40,826 nt of DNA from Candidatus Brevefilum sp. (GCA_047921135.1 JBLRWR010000001.1:1-40826); one strand, 5' to 3'. Positions 19,747-30,277 are shown, counted from the first letter of the stretch. The notes: generated by a model not told the origin, from the sequence alone. Made by a program: numbers and translations.

Positions 19747-21909
19747 ATGAAACAACTTTTACAACACATGAAAACTGGCCAGGCTCAGGTGGCAGAGGTA
19801 CCGATCCCGAACCCTGGCGAAGGGATGGCGCTGATCCAAACGGCGAATTCCCTCGTCTCTGCGGGAACAGAGCGCATGCTGGTGTCCTTTGCCAAACAGG
19901 GTTTGCTCGGCAAGGCTCGCTCCCGCCCTGACCTGGTGCGCCAGGTGCTTAATAAAGCACAGCGTGAAGGTTTGCTCTCCACCATTGAGGCGGCGATGAA
20001 TAAGCTCGATCAGCCCTTTGCTTTGGGTTATTCATCCTCTGGAACGATTATTAAAACGGGGCCGGACTTAAAGGGCTTCCAGGTGGGTGACCGGGTGGCC
20101 TGTGCGGGAGGCGGGTATGCCGTCCACGCTGAATATGCCGTGGTACCGCAGAATTTAATGGTGCCCATCCCTGACGCAGTGGATTTTGAGCAGGCCGCCT
20201 TTGCGACCATCGGTGCGATTGCCCTGCAGGGATTCCGCCTGGCTGAGGTGGGAGTTGGCTCGCGGGTGGGGGTGGTCGGTTTGGGGTTACTGGGCCTGCT
20301 GACCACCGGGATTGCCCGGGCGGCTGGCTGCCAGGTGTTGGGTGTGGACCTTGACCCGACACGCGCTGACCTGGCGCTGCACATGGGCGCCAATAAAGCT
20401 GTGGATCGGGGGCAAGCCCTGGAGGCTGCCGAAGCCTTTACCCAGGGTTACGGCCTGGATGCGGTCATCATCTGTGCGGACACATCTGATAACGACCCGC
20501 TGATCCTGGCGGGCGAAATCGCCCGTGACCGCGCCCAGGTGGTGGTGGTTGGCTCGGTGGGAATGGAGGTGCCCCGTAAACCTTACTACGAAAAAGAATT
20601 GGGGTTGATTGTTTCGCGCTCCTATGGACCCGGGCGCTATGACCCGCGCTACGAAGAGAAAGCTCACGATTACCCCATTGGGTATGTCCGCTGGACTGAA
20701 GCACGCAACATCGAATCCTTTCTGACCCTGCTGGCAGAGGGCAAGCTGGATGTGACCCCGTTAATCACACACCGGGTGCCTATTGAGGAGGGTGTGCGTG
20801 CGTACGAGATTATCACCGGGGACCAGCCTTACCTGGGGGTGCTCCTGGCCTATGCTGAGCAGGACCTGCCGAAGGAACGCCGAGTCCCCAATCCAACTGC
20901 GCCTGCTGTGCGGGTAAAACCCGGGGAAATATTGGCGTTGGGTGTGTTGGGCGCAGGAAATTATGCGCTTTCCACCTTTTTGCCGGTAGTTAAAAAGGTA
21001 GGCGGGATTGCACCGGTGGGTATTGTCTCGGCCTCTGGCGTCAGTGCACACTACGGCGCCCGCCGTTATGGGTTCGGCTACGCCGCCAGCGAGCCTGAAG
21101 ACCTGCTGGATGACCCGGCCATTAACATGATCGCCATCCTCACCCGCCATGACCTTCACAGTCAGCAAATTCTGAGCGCGTTTCAGGCGGGCAAGCATGT
21201 TTACTGTGAAAAACCCCTGGCCATCAACCGGGATCAGCTCGAACAGGTTGAAAGCGCCCTGTTGATGGAGGGCCAGCCCATGCTAACCCTTGGTTTTAAT
21301 CGCCGGTTTGCACCGCTGGCCAAAGAACTGAAAAAATTTATCGACCAGCGCCATGAGCCTTTGTATGCGCATTTCCGCGTGAATGCCAACGTGCTGCCCG
21401 CCGGCCACTGGCTGAATGATCCAGAGGTGGGAGGCGGCCGGATCATCGGAGAGGGCTGTCATTTCATTGATTTTCTGACCTTCTTGGTGGGCGATAATCC
21501 CGTTGAGGTGATCGCCCAGGGGTTGCCTGATAGTGGCAAGTATTGCGAAGACAATGTCGTCATGACCTTCCGCTTCCCCGATCAGTCCCTGGGTGTGGTG
21601 AGCTACCTGGCCAACGGCGACAAATCCTATCCCAAGGAGCATCTTGAAGTGTTTACCGGCGGCCGGGTGGCGGCATTGCACGATTGGCGCAAGCTGGAGC
21701 TGATCTCGAAAGGCCGGCGCAAAGTAAAACGTCACTGGCTGCGGCAGGATAAGGGACATAAGCAAGCCTGGCAGGCTTTCCTGGCGGCTGTGCAGGGCCA
21801 GGGTGATCCGCCCATCCCTTATGATCAGTTACTGGGTGTGAGCCGCGCCAGTTTTGCTGCCTTAGACGCCTTGCGCAGCGGGGAGGCAGTGCGGATTGAG
21901 CCTAAATAA
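19747..21909 (+). CDS. Bi-domain oxidoreductase (MDR/Zn-ADH-like + Gfo/Idh/MocA), polysaccharide-locus type
   Basis: SAGTE, GYSSSG, GLGLLG and SYGPGRYD; then GAGNYA, CEKPLA, GFNRRF and EGCHFID. Confidence 0.88.
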   Translation: MKQLLQHMKTGQAQVAEVPIPNPGEGMALIQTANSLVSAGTERMLVSFAKQGLLGKARSRPDLVRQVLNKAQREGLLSTIEAAMNKLDQPFALGYSSSGTIIKTGPDLKGFQVGDRVACAGGGYAVHAEYAVVPQNLMVPIPDAVDFEQAAFATIGAIALQGFRLAEVGVGSRVGVVGLGLLGLLTTGIARAAGCQVLGVDLDPTRADLALHMGANKAVDRGQALEAAEAFTQGYGLDAVIICADTSDNDPLILAGEIARDRAQVVVVGSVGMEVPRKPYYEKELGLIVSRSYGPGRYDPRYEEKAHDYPIGYVRWTEARNIESFLTLLAEGKLDVTPLITHRVPIEEGVRAYEIITGDQPYLGVLLAYAEQDLPKERRVPNPTAPAVRVKPGEILALGVLGAGNYALSTFLPVVKKVGGIAPVGIVSASGVSAHYGARRYGFGYAASEPEDLLDDPAINMIAILTRHDLHSQQILSAFQAGKHVYCEKPLAINRDQLEQVESALLMEGQPMLTLGFNRRFAPLAKELKKFIDQRHEPLYAHFRVNANVLPAGHWLNDPEVGGGRIIGEGCHFIDFLTFLVGDNPVEVIAQGLPDSGKYCEDNVVMTFRFPDQSLGVVSYLANGDKSYPKEHLEVFTGGRVAALHDWRKLELISKGRRKVKRHWLRQDKGHKQAWQAFLAAVQGQGDPPIPYDQLLGVSRASFAALDALRSGEAVRIEPK

Positions 21910-21989
21910 GATGGTTAATCCACGCATATGATGCGCAGCCTTTTGGTTCCCGACCCTTTGAAGCAGCCCGTAACAGCGATTTTATTAAA

Positions 21990-23894
21990 ATGAAGACCTA
22001 CTTAAAATTCATTTATGCATTGCGCGAGTTGGGATTGAGCAAACTCTGGTACTTTGCGCGCTATCAAATCGGGTTGCGCAGCGGGTATTACCGAAGGGTG
22101 ACGCCCAGCCTCAAGGATGATTACCCTGGTGAGCCCGGGTTACCGCCCCTGGTGCAGGTCCCGCAGGTCAGTCAGGTCACCATCGACCTTACTTTAGCTA
22201 CAGCAGATGAGGTTTGCCGGGGAAAGGTGCGCTTGTTTGGCGGGGAACCGGTCCCCCTAAACCTGGATGCGGGTGCCTCCAATGCGCACTGGACGCATTT
22301 GGAAAGGCGCCCGCCTGAGGAGGATCTCAAGGTCATCTGGGAACCGGCTCGCTTTGGCTGGGCGATCACGCTGGCGCGGGCTTTTGCCTTCAGCCGCGAT
22401 CCGAAATATGCCACAGCATTTTGGGAAAAGACGCAGGAATTTTTGAATGTGCATCCGCCGAATACAGGGCGGCAGTGGCAGTCGGCCCAGGAAGTTGCCA
22501 TCCGGTTGATGGCACTGGTCTTTTGTGACCGGGTGCTGGCTGATGCACCGGCCTCGACCCCCGAAAACCGCCGGATGTTATGGACCGCAATTGCCGAGCA
22601 TGCAGCGCGGATTCCGCCGACCCTGGCTTACGCCCGCGCGCAGAATAACAACCACTTGTTGGCTGAAGCAGCCGGGCTGTATACCGCCGGGATCTACCTG
22701 CCGACCCACCCCCAGGCAGGAAAGTGGCGTCAACTGGGTTGGCGATGGTTAAATTGGGGGTTCCAGCACCAAATTTCTGAAACCGGCACGTATATGCAGC
22801 ACAGCGTCAATTATCATCGCTTGATGCTGCAGTTGGCGCTGTTTACGGATCATCTCCGGCGGGAGGCGGGGGATGCGGACTGGCCGGCTGAAACCCTGAC
22901 GCGGCTCGCGGCGGGAACCCGCTGGTTGTGGGCTTTAGCCGATCCGGACACGGGCGCCGCGCCCAACCTCGGCGCTAATGACGGCGCTTACCTGTTTCCT
23001 TTAACAGCTCAGCCTTATCCGGATTACAGGCCAGTGGTAGATGCCGCCGGGCGTGCTTTTTTAGGTCTGCAGGTTTACCAGCAAGGTGAGCTGCATGAGA
23101 TGGGGGATTGGTTTGACCTTGAATTGCCCGAAGGGTCTGATCATCATCAGCCCCAAGCACCCGATATGCTGCGTGTGGCTTCGGGCGAAGGCCGGGGATT
23201 CTTACGGGCAGCGCAATTTTCTGACCGCCCTTCCCATGCAGATCAATTACATGTGGATTTGTGGTGGCGGGGAGTCAATGTGGCCCTTGACCCCGGCACA
23301 TATCACTACAATGCCCCATCACCCTGGGACAATGCCCTTCAGAGCAGCAAGGTTCATAACACGCTGACGGTTGATGGACAGGAGCAGATGACCCTGGCTG
23401 GACGATTCCTGTGGCTACAGTGGGCACAAGCGGATGTTTTGGGACATACGCTCGGCGAGGATGGCCAGTCAGATTGGGTGAAGGCTGAGCACGACGGTTA
23501 TGCCAAGCTGAGAATGGCTCACCAGCGCAAACTCTCTCGAGTGGAAAACGGCTGGGCGGTGGAGGATGCCGTCAATCCCTATGGCGAACAGGATGCCAGG
23601 TATCACGAGGTTTGCCTGACATGGCTGCTGCCAGACTGGGATTGGGCAGTTGAAGGCAAAGACACGTTGCGTGTTACCGGGCCAGAATTTGGGTTCACAC
23701 TGCATATTGCCGGGGCAGACCACTTTTATCTCTTTAAAGGTGGTGAGACAGTTTTGGGCACCATGCCGGCCAAGCCCGCCTGGGGGTGGTATTCGCCGAC
23801 CTACGGCGTTAAGGTGCCGACGTTGCTGTTGGTTGCCGTCCGGATTGACCGACTGCCGATGTTGTTGACATCCACCTGGCAATTTTTTGACTGA
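21990..23894 (+). CDS. Heparinase II/III-family protein
   Basis: IWEPARF, NNHLLAE, QHSVNYH, HADQLH, DPGTY.Y and HNTLTVDG. Confidence 0.85.
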   Translation: MKTYLKFIYALRELGLSKLWYFARYQIGLRSGYYRRVTPSLKDDYPGEPGLPPLVQVPQVSQVTIDLTLATADEVCRGKVRLFGGEPVPLNLDAGASNAHWTHLERRPPEEDLKVIWEPARFGWAITLARAFAFSRDPKYATAFWEKTQEFLNVHPPNTGRQWQSAQEVAIRLMALVFCDRVLADAPASTPENRRMLWTAIAEHAARIPPTLAYARAQNNNHLLAEAAGLYTAGIYLPTHPQAGKWRQLGWRWLNWGFQHQISETGTYMQHSVNYHRLMLQLALFTDHLRREAGDADWPAETLTRLAAGTRWLWALADPDTGAAPNLGANDGAYLFPLTAQPYPDYRPVVDAAGRAFLGLQVYQQGELHEMGDWFDLELPEGSDHHQPQAPDMLRVASGEGRGFLRAAQFSDRPSHADQLHVDLWWRGVNVALDPGTYHYNAPSPWDNALQSSKVHNTLTVDGQEQMTLAGRFLWLQWAQADVLGHTLGEDGQSDWVKAEHDGYAKLRMAHQRKLSRVENGWAVEDAVNPYGEQDARYHEVCLTWLLPDWDWAVEGKDTLRVTGPEFGFTLHIAGADHFYLFKGGETVLGTMPAKPAWGWYSPTYGVKVPTLLLVAVRIDRLPMLLTSTWQFFD

Positions 23895-23944
23895 CCGATT
23901 TGCAGTGAACCATAGGGGGGGATTTCGAGTAAAATGTTAACAAT

Positions 23945-25150
23945 ATGCATATTTTGCTGATCCATCAGGCCTTTGCTGCGCTGGATGAACCTGGCGGCAC
24001 GCGCCATCACGAGTTAGCAAGACATCTCAGAGGGCGCGGCCATCAGGTCACGATTATTGCCAGCCCGGTTAGCTACCTGACAGGCGCTGATGGCGGCCGC
24101 CGCCAACGCAAGCAGGTCGATGACCTGGGGGTGACCATCATCCGCAGTTACACACTGCCTGCCCTGCATCGCTCGTTTATCTGGCGTGTATTAAGCTTTA
24201 TCAGCTTCATGATATCTGCTTTCATCCAGGGCTTGTTTGTTCGCAAAGTAGACCTGGTCTGGGGAACCACCCCGCCGATCTTCCAGGCACCGACGGCCTG
24301 GCTGCTGGCCCGCTTGAAGGGTGTGCCCTTTCTGCTGGAGGTGCGTGACCTGTGGCCTGCCTTTGCGGTGGCTGTGGGTGTGCTGCGGAACCGGTTTTTA
24401 ATCAGGATTTCTGAAGGGTTAGAGCGGTTCTTGTACCGCCACGCCGACCAGGTGGTGGTGAATTCCCCCGGGTTTATCCAGCATATTTCTGAACGCGGCG
24501 CCCAGAAGGTGTCCCTGGTGCCCAATGGCGCAGACCCGGACATGTTTGACCCCTTTGCGTCGGGTGAAGTTTTCAGGAAGAAATTCGGGTTAGAGGCGTG
24601 CTTTGTGGTGTTGTATGCCGGCGCGCATGGCATGTCGAATGATTTGGATGTGGTGCTCGATGCGGCTGATTTATTGCGGGATGAACCCGGCATCCGGATT
24701 GTCCTGGTCGGTTCAGGCAAAGAAAAGCACCGTCTGCGTCAGAATGCGGATGCGCGAGGTCTGAACAACCTGATGTTCCTACCGCCCGTACCGAAGATAG
24801 AGATGCCTGCCACTTTGGCCGGTGCGGATGCTTGCCTGGCTATTCTAAAACCGATTGAGATGTATAAAACCACTTACCCCAACAAAGTCTTTGATTACAT
24901 GGCAGCCAGCCGGCCGGTGATCCTGGCTATTGACGGCGTGATCCGCACGGTGGTGGAGGATGCCCAGGCGGGTGTATTTGTCCAGCCGGGAGATCCCCAT
25001 GCGCTGGCTGAAACCATTCGCGAAATGGCTAATAACCCCGAAAAATGTCGTAAAATGGGTATGTATGGAAGATCATTAATAGAATCACAATTTTCACGCG
25101 ATGATTTTGCGGAAAAATTTGCCTTAATCCTTGATGAAATGAGGAAATAA
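23945..25150 (+). CDS. GT4-family glycosyltransferase (WbuB-like)
   Basis: EVRDLWP, VPNGAD, YAGAHG and [12 protein letters not shown]. Confidence 0.9.
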   Translation: MHILLIHQAFAALDEPGGTRHHELARHLRGRGHQVTIIASPVSYLTGADGGRRQRKQVDDLGVTIIRSYTLPALHRSFIWRVLSFISFMISAFIQGLFVRKVDLVWGTTPPIFQAPTAWLLARLKGVPFLLEVRDLWPAFAVAVGVLRNRFLIRISEGLERFLYRHADQVVVNSPGFIQHISERGAQKVSLVPNGADPDMFDPFASGEVFRKKFGLEACFVVLYAGAHGMSNDLDVVLDAADLLRDEPGIRIVLVGSGKEKHRLRQNADARGLNNLMFLPPVPKIEMPATLAGADACLAILKPIEMYKTTYPNKVFDYMAASRPVILAIDGVIRTVVEDAQAGVFVQPGDPHALAETIREMANNPEKCRKMGMYGRSLIESQFSRDDFAEKFALILDEMRK

Positions 25151-25154
25151 AACG

Positions 25155-25865
25155 ATGGCTGAAAAAATTTTGGTTGTGGATGATGAAATCTCGCTTCAAG
25201 AGACCCTAACCTATAACCTGAAAAAACAGGGTTACGATGTTGAGACGACCGGAAGCGGGACTGAAGCGATTGAACTGGCCCGCCAGAATCAGCCGGACCT
25301 CATCATCCTGGATGTGATGCTGCCCGGTTTGGATGGGTTTGAGGTGTGCCGCATCCTGCGTCAGGAGATGTCAACACCTGTGCTGATGTTGACGGCCAGG
25401 GATGATGAAATTGATCGTGTGGTGGGTTTGGAGGTTGGGGCTGACGATTACCTGGCCAAGCCCTTCAGCATGCGAGAGCTGATTGCCCGGGTAAAAGCCA
25501 TGCTGCGGCGCATCCGATTGGACCGCGAGGCCGCCTCACAAGCAGAGGCAGCGCGGCCTGAGGCAATGATCATGACCTTTGACAATCTGTGCATCGACAT
25601 GACCCGGCGTGAGATCAAAGTTAACGAGCAGGTGGTGCCGTTTAAACCGAAGGAATACGAGTTATTGACCTTTTTTGCCCAGCACAAGGGACAGGTGCTC
25701 TCGCGTGAATTCATCCTTGAGCGTGTGTGGGGCTGGGATTTCATCGGCGACAGCCGGACGGTGGACGTCCATGTGCGCTGGCTGCGCGAGAAAATCGAAG
25801 CTGATCCGGCCAACCCCGAGCGAATTATCACAGTGCGGGGTGCAGGCTATCGTTTTGAGGGATGA
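25155..25865 (+). CDS. OmpR/PhoB-family response regulator, probable phosphate-regulon activator
   Basis: VVDDE, LDVMLPG, KPF, winged helix [22 protein letters not shown]; sits next to a PhoR-like kinase and phoU. Confidence 0.9.
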   Translation: MAEKILVVDDEISLQETLTYNLKKQGYDVETTGSGTEAIELARQNQPDLIILDVMLPGLDGFEVCRILRQEMSTPVLMLTARDDEIDRVVGLEVGADDYLAKPFSMRELIARVKAMLRRIRLDREAASQAEAARPEAMIMTFDNLCIDMTRREIKVNEQVVPFKPKEYELLTFFAQHKGQVLSREFILERVWGWDFIGDSRTVDVHVRWLREKIEADPANPERIITVRGAGYRFEG

Positions 25866-25868
25866 TGA

Positions 25869-27596
25869 ATGCGGCATCTTTTTGGCTGGCGGCGGGTCGT
25901 CCCCTTTATAATCCTGGTAGCAGTTGCGGTAACCGTCTTTGGGCTGGCCAGCCAGCTTATGCTCCGTCGGGAGCATCAATCCCGGTGGGAAGCTCACTTT
26001 CAAAATATCGCCCGGTTGATTGCATCCGAAGCTGCTGGTTTTTATGGGGGGCCAAATGAGACTGTCAACCTAAATCAAGTTGCAGAACAATATGGAAACA
26101 CTCTGGGGATTGATGTTGTGTTCTTCAGATACGAGGGCGCTGTTTTAGGCGCGTCTTCTGACGCCACTCCCAATCGTCCCCCCACGAGTGTAGTTGAAGC
26201 TATGTTTAGTGAGGGCGCGATGGTCTTCACTGATGGGCAGGGTTTGACGGTCATCACGGGCGTGACGGGCGCTGATGGCCGCCAGGTGGGGTTTGTGCAG
26301 ATACAAGTGCCGTCAGGGATGATTCAGCCGGGACTCACCTCGTTATGGGGGCTGTGGGTCAGTGTGATTTTGATAACGGTCCTCCTGGCGGTGATCCTTT
26401 CGGTCATCATCTATGATAACTCACTCAGGCCGGTAGAGAAGCTGACCATTGCGGCGCAGCAGATGCGCTCGGGAAATTTCAACAATCTTGAATTCCCTGA
26501 AGCACCGCCTGAAATAGCTGACTTAACCCAGGCGATCAGGGAGATGGCCCAGCATTTGGGGGCCCAAATAGACGCCCTGACCAGTGAACGCGCCAAGCTC
26601 TCTGCTGTGCTTAACCAGATGACTGATGGTGTGCTGATTGCCGATATGGAAGGCCGGGTGCAATTGCTGAATCCAGCGGCTGAGCGGCTGTTTGAAATTG
26701 ACGGACATAAAGGCTTGGGGCGCTCAGTTGTTGAGGTGGTACGCTATCACCAGCTGGTTGACCTGTGGCGGATGGCGAGAGCGGGTCAGCGGCAAACCAC
26801 CATGCTGGAAATTGGTCCGCAGCATTTATTCCTCCAGGTGACCGGGATGCCCCTGGAGACCACTGAAAAGGGTAGTACGCTCATCCTTTTTCAGGATCTG
26901 ACCCAACTGCGCCGTTTGGAAACGGTACGGCGTGATTTCATCAGCAATGTCTCTCATGAGCTACGCACCCCCCTGGCCAGCTTGAAAGCGCTCAGTGAAA
27001 CCTTGCAGGAGGGTGCCCTGGAAGACCCGCCTGCGGCCAGACGCTTTCTCCTGCGTATGGAAACAGAAATTGATAACCTTACCCAGCTGGTCAACGAGTT
27101 ATTGGAGCTGTCGCGGATCGAATCCGGCAAGGTGCCTCTTTCGTTTCATCGCATCCAACCCTGCGGCCTGCTGGCGCCAGCCAGAGAGCGCATGGAACTG
27201 CAGGTTGAGCGGGCAGGGCTTGAGCTGGTTCTGGATTGTCCGCCAGGCCTGCCAGCGGTTTTTGCAGACCCGGATCGTATCACGCAGGTGGTGATCAACC
27301 TGATCCACAACGCGACCAAATTCACGCCCCCTGGTGGTCGGATTGCGCTTTCTGCCTATAAAGATGGCGAATTTATTGTTTTCTATGTCAAAGATACAGG
27401 GGTAGGGATCCCCAAGGAAGATCTGGTGCGTGTTTTTGAGCGTTTTTACAAAGCGGATCGCGCCCGCACGGGCGGGGGCACTGGCCTGGGGCTTTCCATC
27501 GCCAGGCATATGGTGGAATCTCATGGGGGCTTCATTTGGGCTGAGAGCGAAGAGGGGGTGGGGAGTACGTTTTATTTCTCTTTGCCGATTGCCTGA
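25869..27596 (+). CDS. phoR: PhoR-like sensor histidine kinase (2 TM, HAMP, PAS, HisKA, HATPase)
   Basis: RRDFISNVSHELRTPL, NLIHNA.KF, FERFYKADRAR and GTGLGLSIARH. Confidence 0.85.
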   Translation: MRHLFGWRRVVPFIILVAVAVTVFGLASQLMLRREHQSRWEAHFQNIARLIASEAAGFYGGPNETVNLNQVAEQYGNTLGIDVVFFRYEGAVLGASSDATPNRPPTSVVEAMFSEGAMVFTDGQGLTVITGVTGADGRQVGFVQIQVPSGMIQPGLTSLWGLWVSVILITVLLAVILSVIIYDNSLRPVEKLTIAAQQMRSGNFNNLEFPEAPPEIADLTQAIREMAQHLGAQIDALTSERAKLSAVLNQMTDGVLIADMEGRVQLLNPAAERLFEIDGHKGLGRSVVEVVRYHQLVDLWRMARAGQRQTTMLEIGPQHLFLQVTGMPLETTEKGSTLILFQDLTQLRRLETVRRDFISNVSHELRTPLASLKALSETLQEGALEDPPAARRFLLRMETEIDNLTQLVNELLELSRIESGKVPLSFHRIQPCGLLAPARERMELQVERAGLELVLDCPPGLPAVFADPDRITQVVINLIHNATKFTPPGGRIALSAYKDGEFIVFYVKDTGVGIPKEDLVRVFERFYKADRARTGGGTGLGLSIARHMVESHGGFIWAESEEGVGSTFYFSLPIA

Positions 27597-27597
27597 T

Positions 27598-27673
27598 GTT
27601 AACCGGACATTTACCCGATTTAAATCATTTTTAACCCCTTTATTGACTGCTGTAAACACATCCATGCTAAGAT
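27598..27673 (+). promoter_or_regulatory. Candidate Pho box array plus extended -10
   Basis: TTAAC/TTTAC/TTAAA/TTAAC/TTGAC/TAAAC at 27599, 27610, 27620, 27631, 27643, 27653 (10-12 bp period), then TGcTAAGAT. Confidence 0.55.
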
Positions 27674-27942
27674 TCTTGTACGGATATGAAATCAGGCCGG
27701 TGATGATTGGTCATTTTTTTGTGGTCCAGGATTACTTGATGGATCTGCTCTGGGCCAGATTCCTCGTTTGATACACCCGCCAAGCCATCTCGCTTATCGC
27801 AGGTAGCGAAACAGGGTGCCAGGGTTCAATTGAGGCTTGCCGGGCCTACCCAGAATCAACCACCTGATGAATTTGTGACTGGTCGTTTCGGGTAGAATAT
27901 TATAAAATATCTAGACAATCAAAATCATTGCCAGGAGCCATT

Positions 27943-28635
27943 ATGCCTCGACAAACTTTAGATCGCGAAATTCATCATTTACAGGATGAAGTGCTTTTGC
28001 TGGGAAGCATGGTAGAACAGGCGATGTTGAACGCCATAGATGCCCTTAAGCGGCGTGATCATGAAGCTGCCAGGCGCGTTTACCATGGTGATGAAACGAT
28101 TAATGAAAAACGCTATGCTATCGAAAACCGGGTTTTGATCTTGTTTGCCACTCAGCAGCCGATTGCGCACGACCTGCGCCTGCTGGCAGCCATCCTCGAG
28201 GTAATCACCGAATTGGAACGCATGGGGGATTATGCCAAAGGCATCGCCAAAATCAGCCTCAAAATCGGCGAAGATGATACCCCCATGCCCGTCCGGGAGA
28301 TCAGCCGCATGGGTGACCTGGCAGTGGGCATGCTCCACCGGGCGCTGGGTGCCTTTATTGCCGAGGATGTCAACGCAGCCAACCGCATTCCCCAGGATGA
28401 TGACCAGGTAGATGAGCTTTATAACCTCATCTACCGCAAGAATGTGGAAGCGATGATTGCCAACCCGGATATCATTGATCATTCGAACTACATTATGTGG
28501 GTTGTGCATAATATCGAACGCATGGCAGACCGGGTGACGAACATCTGCGAACGGACAATTTTCATCGCCACTGGCGAACTGCTGGAGATCGACACCTCGG
28601 ATGACGAATGGGATGATGACGAGGACGAAGAATAA
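27943..28635 (+). CDS. phoU: Phosphate signalling protein PhoU
   Basis: QQPIAHDLR, ELERMGDYA, DDQVD and IERMADRVTNICE; AGGAG RBS before the ATG at 27943. Confidence 0.95.
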   Translation: MPRQTLDREIHHLQDEVLLLGSMVEQAMLNAIDALKRRDHEAARRVYHGDETINEKRYAIENRVLILFATQQPIAHDLRLLAAILEVITELERMGDYAKGIAKISLKIGEDDTPMPVREISRMGDLAVGMLHRALGAFIAEDVNAANRIPQDDDQVDELYNLIYRKNVEAMIANPDIIDHSNYIMWVVHNIERMADRVTNICERTIFIATGELLEIDTSDDEWDDDEDEE

Positions 28636-28665
28636 AATTACCTGATCTGAATACACACGCATATC

Positions 28666-28698
28666 CCACCGGCCGTTATCTGCCGGTGGTTTTTCTTT
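28666..28698 (+). terminator. Intrinsic terminator after phoU
   Basis: CCACCGGC-8 nt-GCCGGTGG followed by TTTTTCTTT. Confidence 0.8.
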
Positions 28699-28779
28699 AT
28701 TCTCTTGTGATAATATCTACGACACAAATCAAGTATAATGTTCATCATCTCCTAAGCATCTCAGCGGGAAAGGGTCATC

Positions 28780-29493
28780 ATGTTGAGAAAAAATGATACG
28801 CCGGGCAAATTGATCATTGTGGAAGGGATTGACGGCAGCGGAAAGTCGACCCAGATCGATCTGCTGTATAAGTGGCTGCGGGCGCAGGGACACTCTGTCT
28901 ATTTCAGTGAATGGAACTCTTCGGGCCTGGTTAAAAGCACCACCAAACGCGCCAAGAAGCGCAAGTCCTTCACCCCTACGACCTTCAGCCTCTTGCAATG
29001 CACCGATTTTGCCGACCGCTGGGAAAACCGGATTTTGCCCTTGCTCAAAGCCGGGGTGATCGTCCTGGCGGACCGTTATGCTTATACCGCCTTTGGGCGG
29101 GATGTGGCCAGGGGTGTGGATCGTGCCTGGGTGCGCAACCTGTACTCTTTTGCCATGCAGCCTGACGTAGCCCTGTTTTTCAGGGTGCCCCTGGATGTGG
29201 CCATCCAGCGCATCACCAGTGCCCGAGCCAATCTGAAATACTATGAAGCAGGTATGGACCTGAAGCTCTCTGAAAGCCGCATTGAAAGTTTTGAGCTCTT
29301 CCAGGCGCGTATCCTGGAGGAATATGATCGGATGGTGGATGAGTTTGGCCTGACTGTGATTGATGGCACGCTGACTGTGCAGGCACAGCAACGCTTGATG
29401 CGCGAAATTGTCAAACAAGAACTCAAGGGCTGGAAGGGATTGCCAATCCCCGAGGGAATCCCTGAAATCCTGATCCAACCAGAGCATGAGTAA
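28780..29493 (+). CDS. Thymidylate-kinase-fold protein with intact P-loop (putative PPK3 catalytic subunit)
   Basis: EGIDGSGKSTQ, basic patch KRAKKRK, TDFADR, ADRY and KYYEAGMD. Confidence 0.8.
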   Translation: MLRKNDTPGKLIIVEGIDGSGKSTQIDLLYKWLRAQGHSVYFSEWNSSGLVKSTTKRAKKRKSFTPTTFSLLQCTDFADRWENRILPLLKAGVIVLADRYAYTAFGRDVARGVDRAWVRNLYSFAMQPDVALFFRVPLDVAIQRITSARANLKYYEAGMDLKLSESRIESFELFQARILEEYDRMVDEFGLTVIDGTLTVQAQQRLMREIVKQELKGWKGLPIPEGIPEILIQPEHE

Positions 29494-29501
29494 GGCGGTA
29501 G

Positions 29502-30227
29502 ATGATGTCTGAAAACCAATTTTATGGTACCGGATTTCCTTATCTGAACATTCAAGACTGCCCCGGAAAGCTGATCGTTCTGGAGGGATCGGATGGTGTT
29601 GGGCGATCTACGCAAACGCAATTGCTGCGTAGATGGTTGGAGGATGAGGGTTATGCGGTTTCTGATACCGGTTTGCGCCGCTCTGACCTGACCCAGGAAG
29701 GGCTGGAAGAGGCTAAGAAGGGACATACCCTCAGCCGCATCACGATGAGCTTGTTTTATGCCACCGATTTTGCGGACAGGCTTGAAAACCAGATCATCCC
29801 GGCTTTGCAGGCTGGATTTGTGGTGCTTTCAGACCGCTACTTTTACTCCATCATGGCGCGCGATATCGTCCGAGGCGCAGATCCGGAATGGGCGCACAAG
29901 CTGTATGGCTTTGCCCTCAAGCCTGATTTGGTACTGTACCTGAAGGCAGATGTCTCAGACCTGTTAAGCAGGCTGATCCATGGGCGCGGGCTGAATTATT
30001 GGGAAGCCGGCATGGACATGCACAGCGCAGACAATCTTTTCGATAGTTTTTTAGATTATCAGTCTAAGCTGATTGGTATGTTTGACCAGATGGCGCAAGC
30101 CTATGGCTTTGTGACGGTTGACGCCGGCCGGCCGATCATGGAGGTTTTTGAAGACCTCCAGGAGCACATTCGCGCCCTGTTAGAAGATCAGCAGATGAAC
30201 CTCGAAGATGAAATGGTCTTATTGTGA
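29502..30227 (+). CDS. Thymidylate-kinase-fold protein with degenerate P-loop (putative PPK3 partner subunit)
   Basis: EGSDGVGRSTQ (Walker A Lys replaced by Arg), TDFADR, SDRY and YWEAGMD; paralogous to the upstream gene. Confidence 0.8.
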   Translation: MMSENQFYGTGFPYLNIQDCPGKLIVLEGSDGVGRSTQTQLLRRWLEDEGYAVSDTGLRRSDLTQEGLEEAKKGHTLSRITMSLFYATDFADRLENQIIPALQAGFVVLSDRYFYSIMARDIVRGADPEWAHKLYGFALKPDLVLYLKADVSDLLSRLIHGRGLNYWEAGMDMHSADNLFDSFLDYQSKLIGMFDQMAQAYGFVTVDAGRPIMEVFEDLQEHIRALLEDQQMNLEDEMVLL

Positions 30228-30277
30228 GGGGTAAGGAAAATTACGCGTTTCTCAATTAATTTAAAAAGGAAGGCGCA

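Noticed and set aside
27979-29487. Long antisense ORFs over phoU (27979-28662) and the first kinase (28729-29487)
   Set aside because: Antisense shadows expected from codon bias; the sense genes carry clear family motifs
28780-30227. Calling the pair canonical tmk
   Set aside because: No REPG motif, duplicated, one Walker A degenerate, and in a polyP context; no symbol assigned
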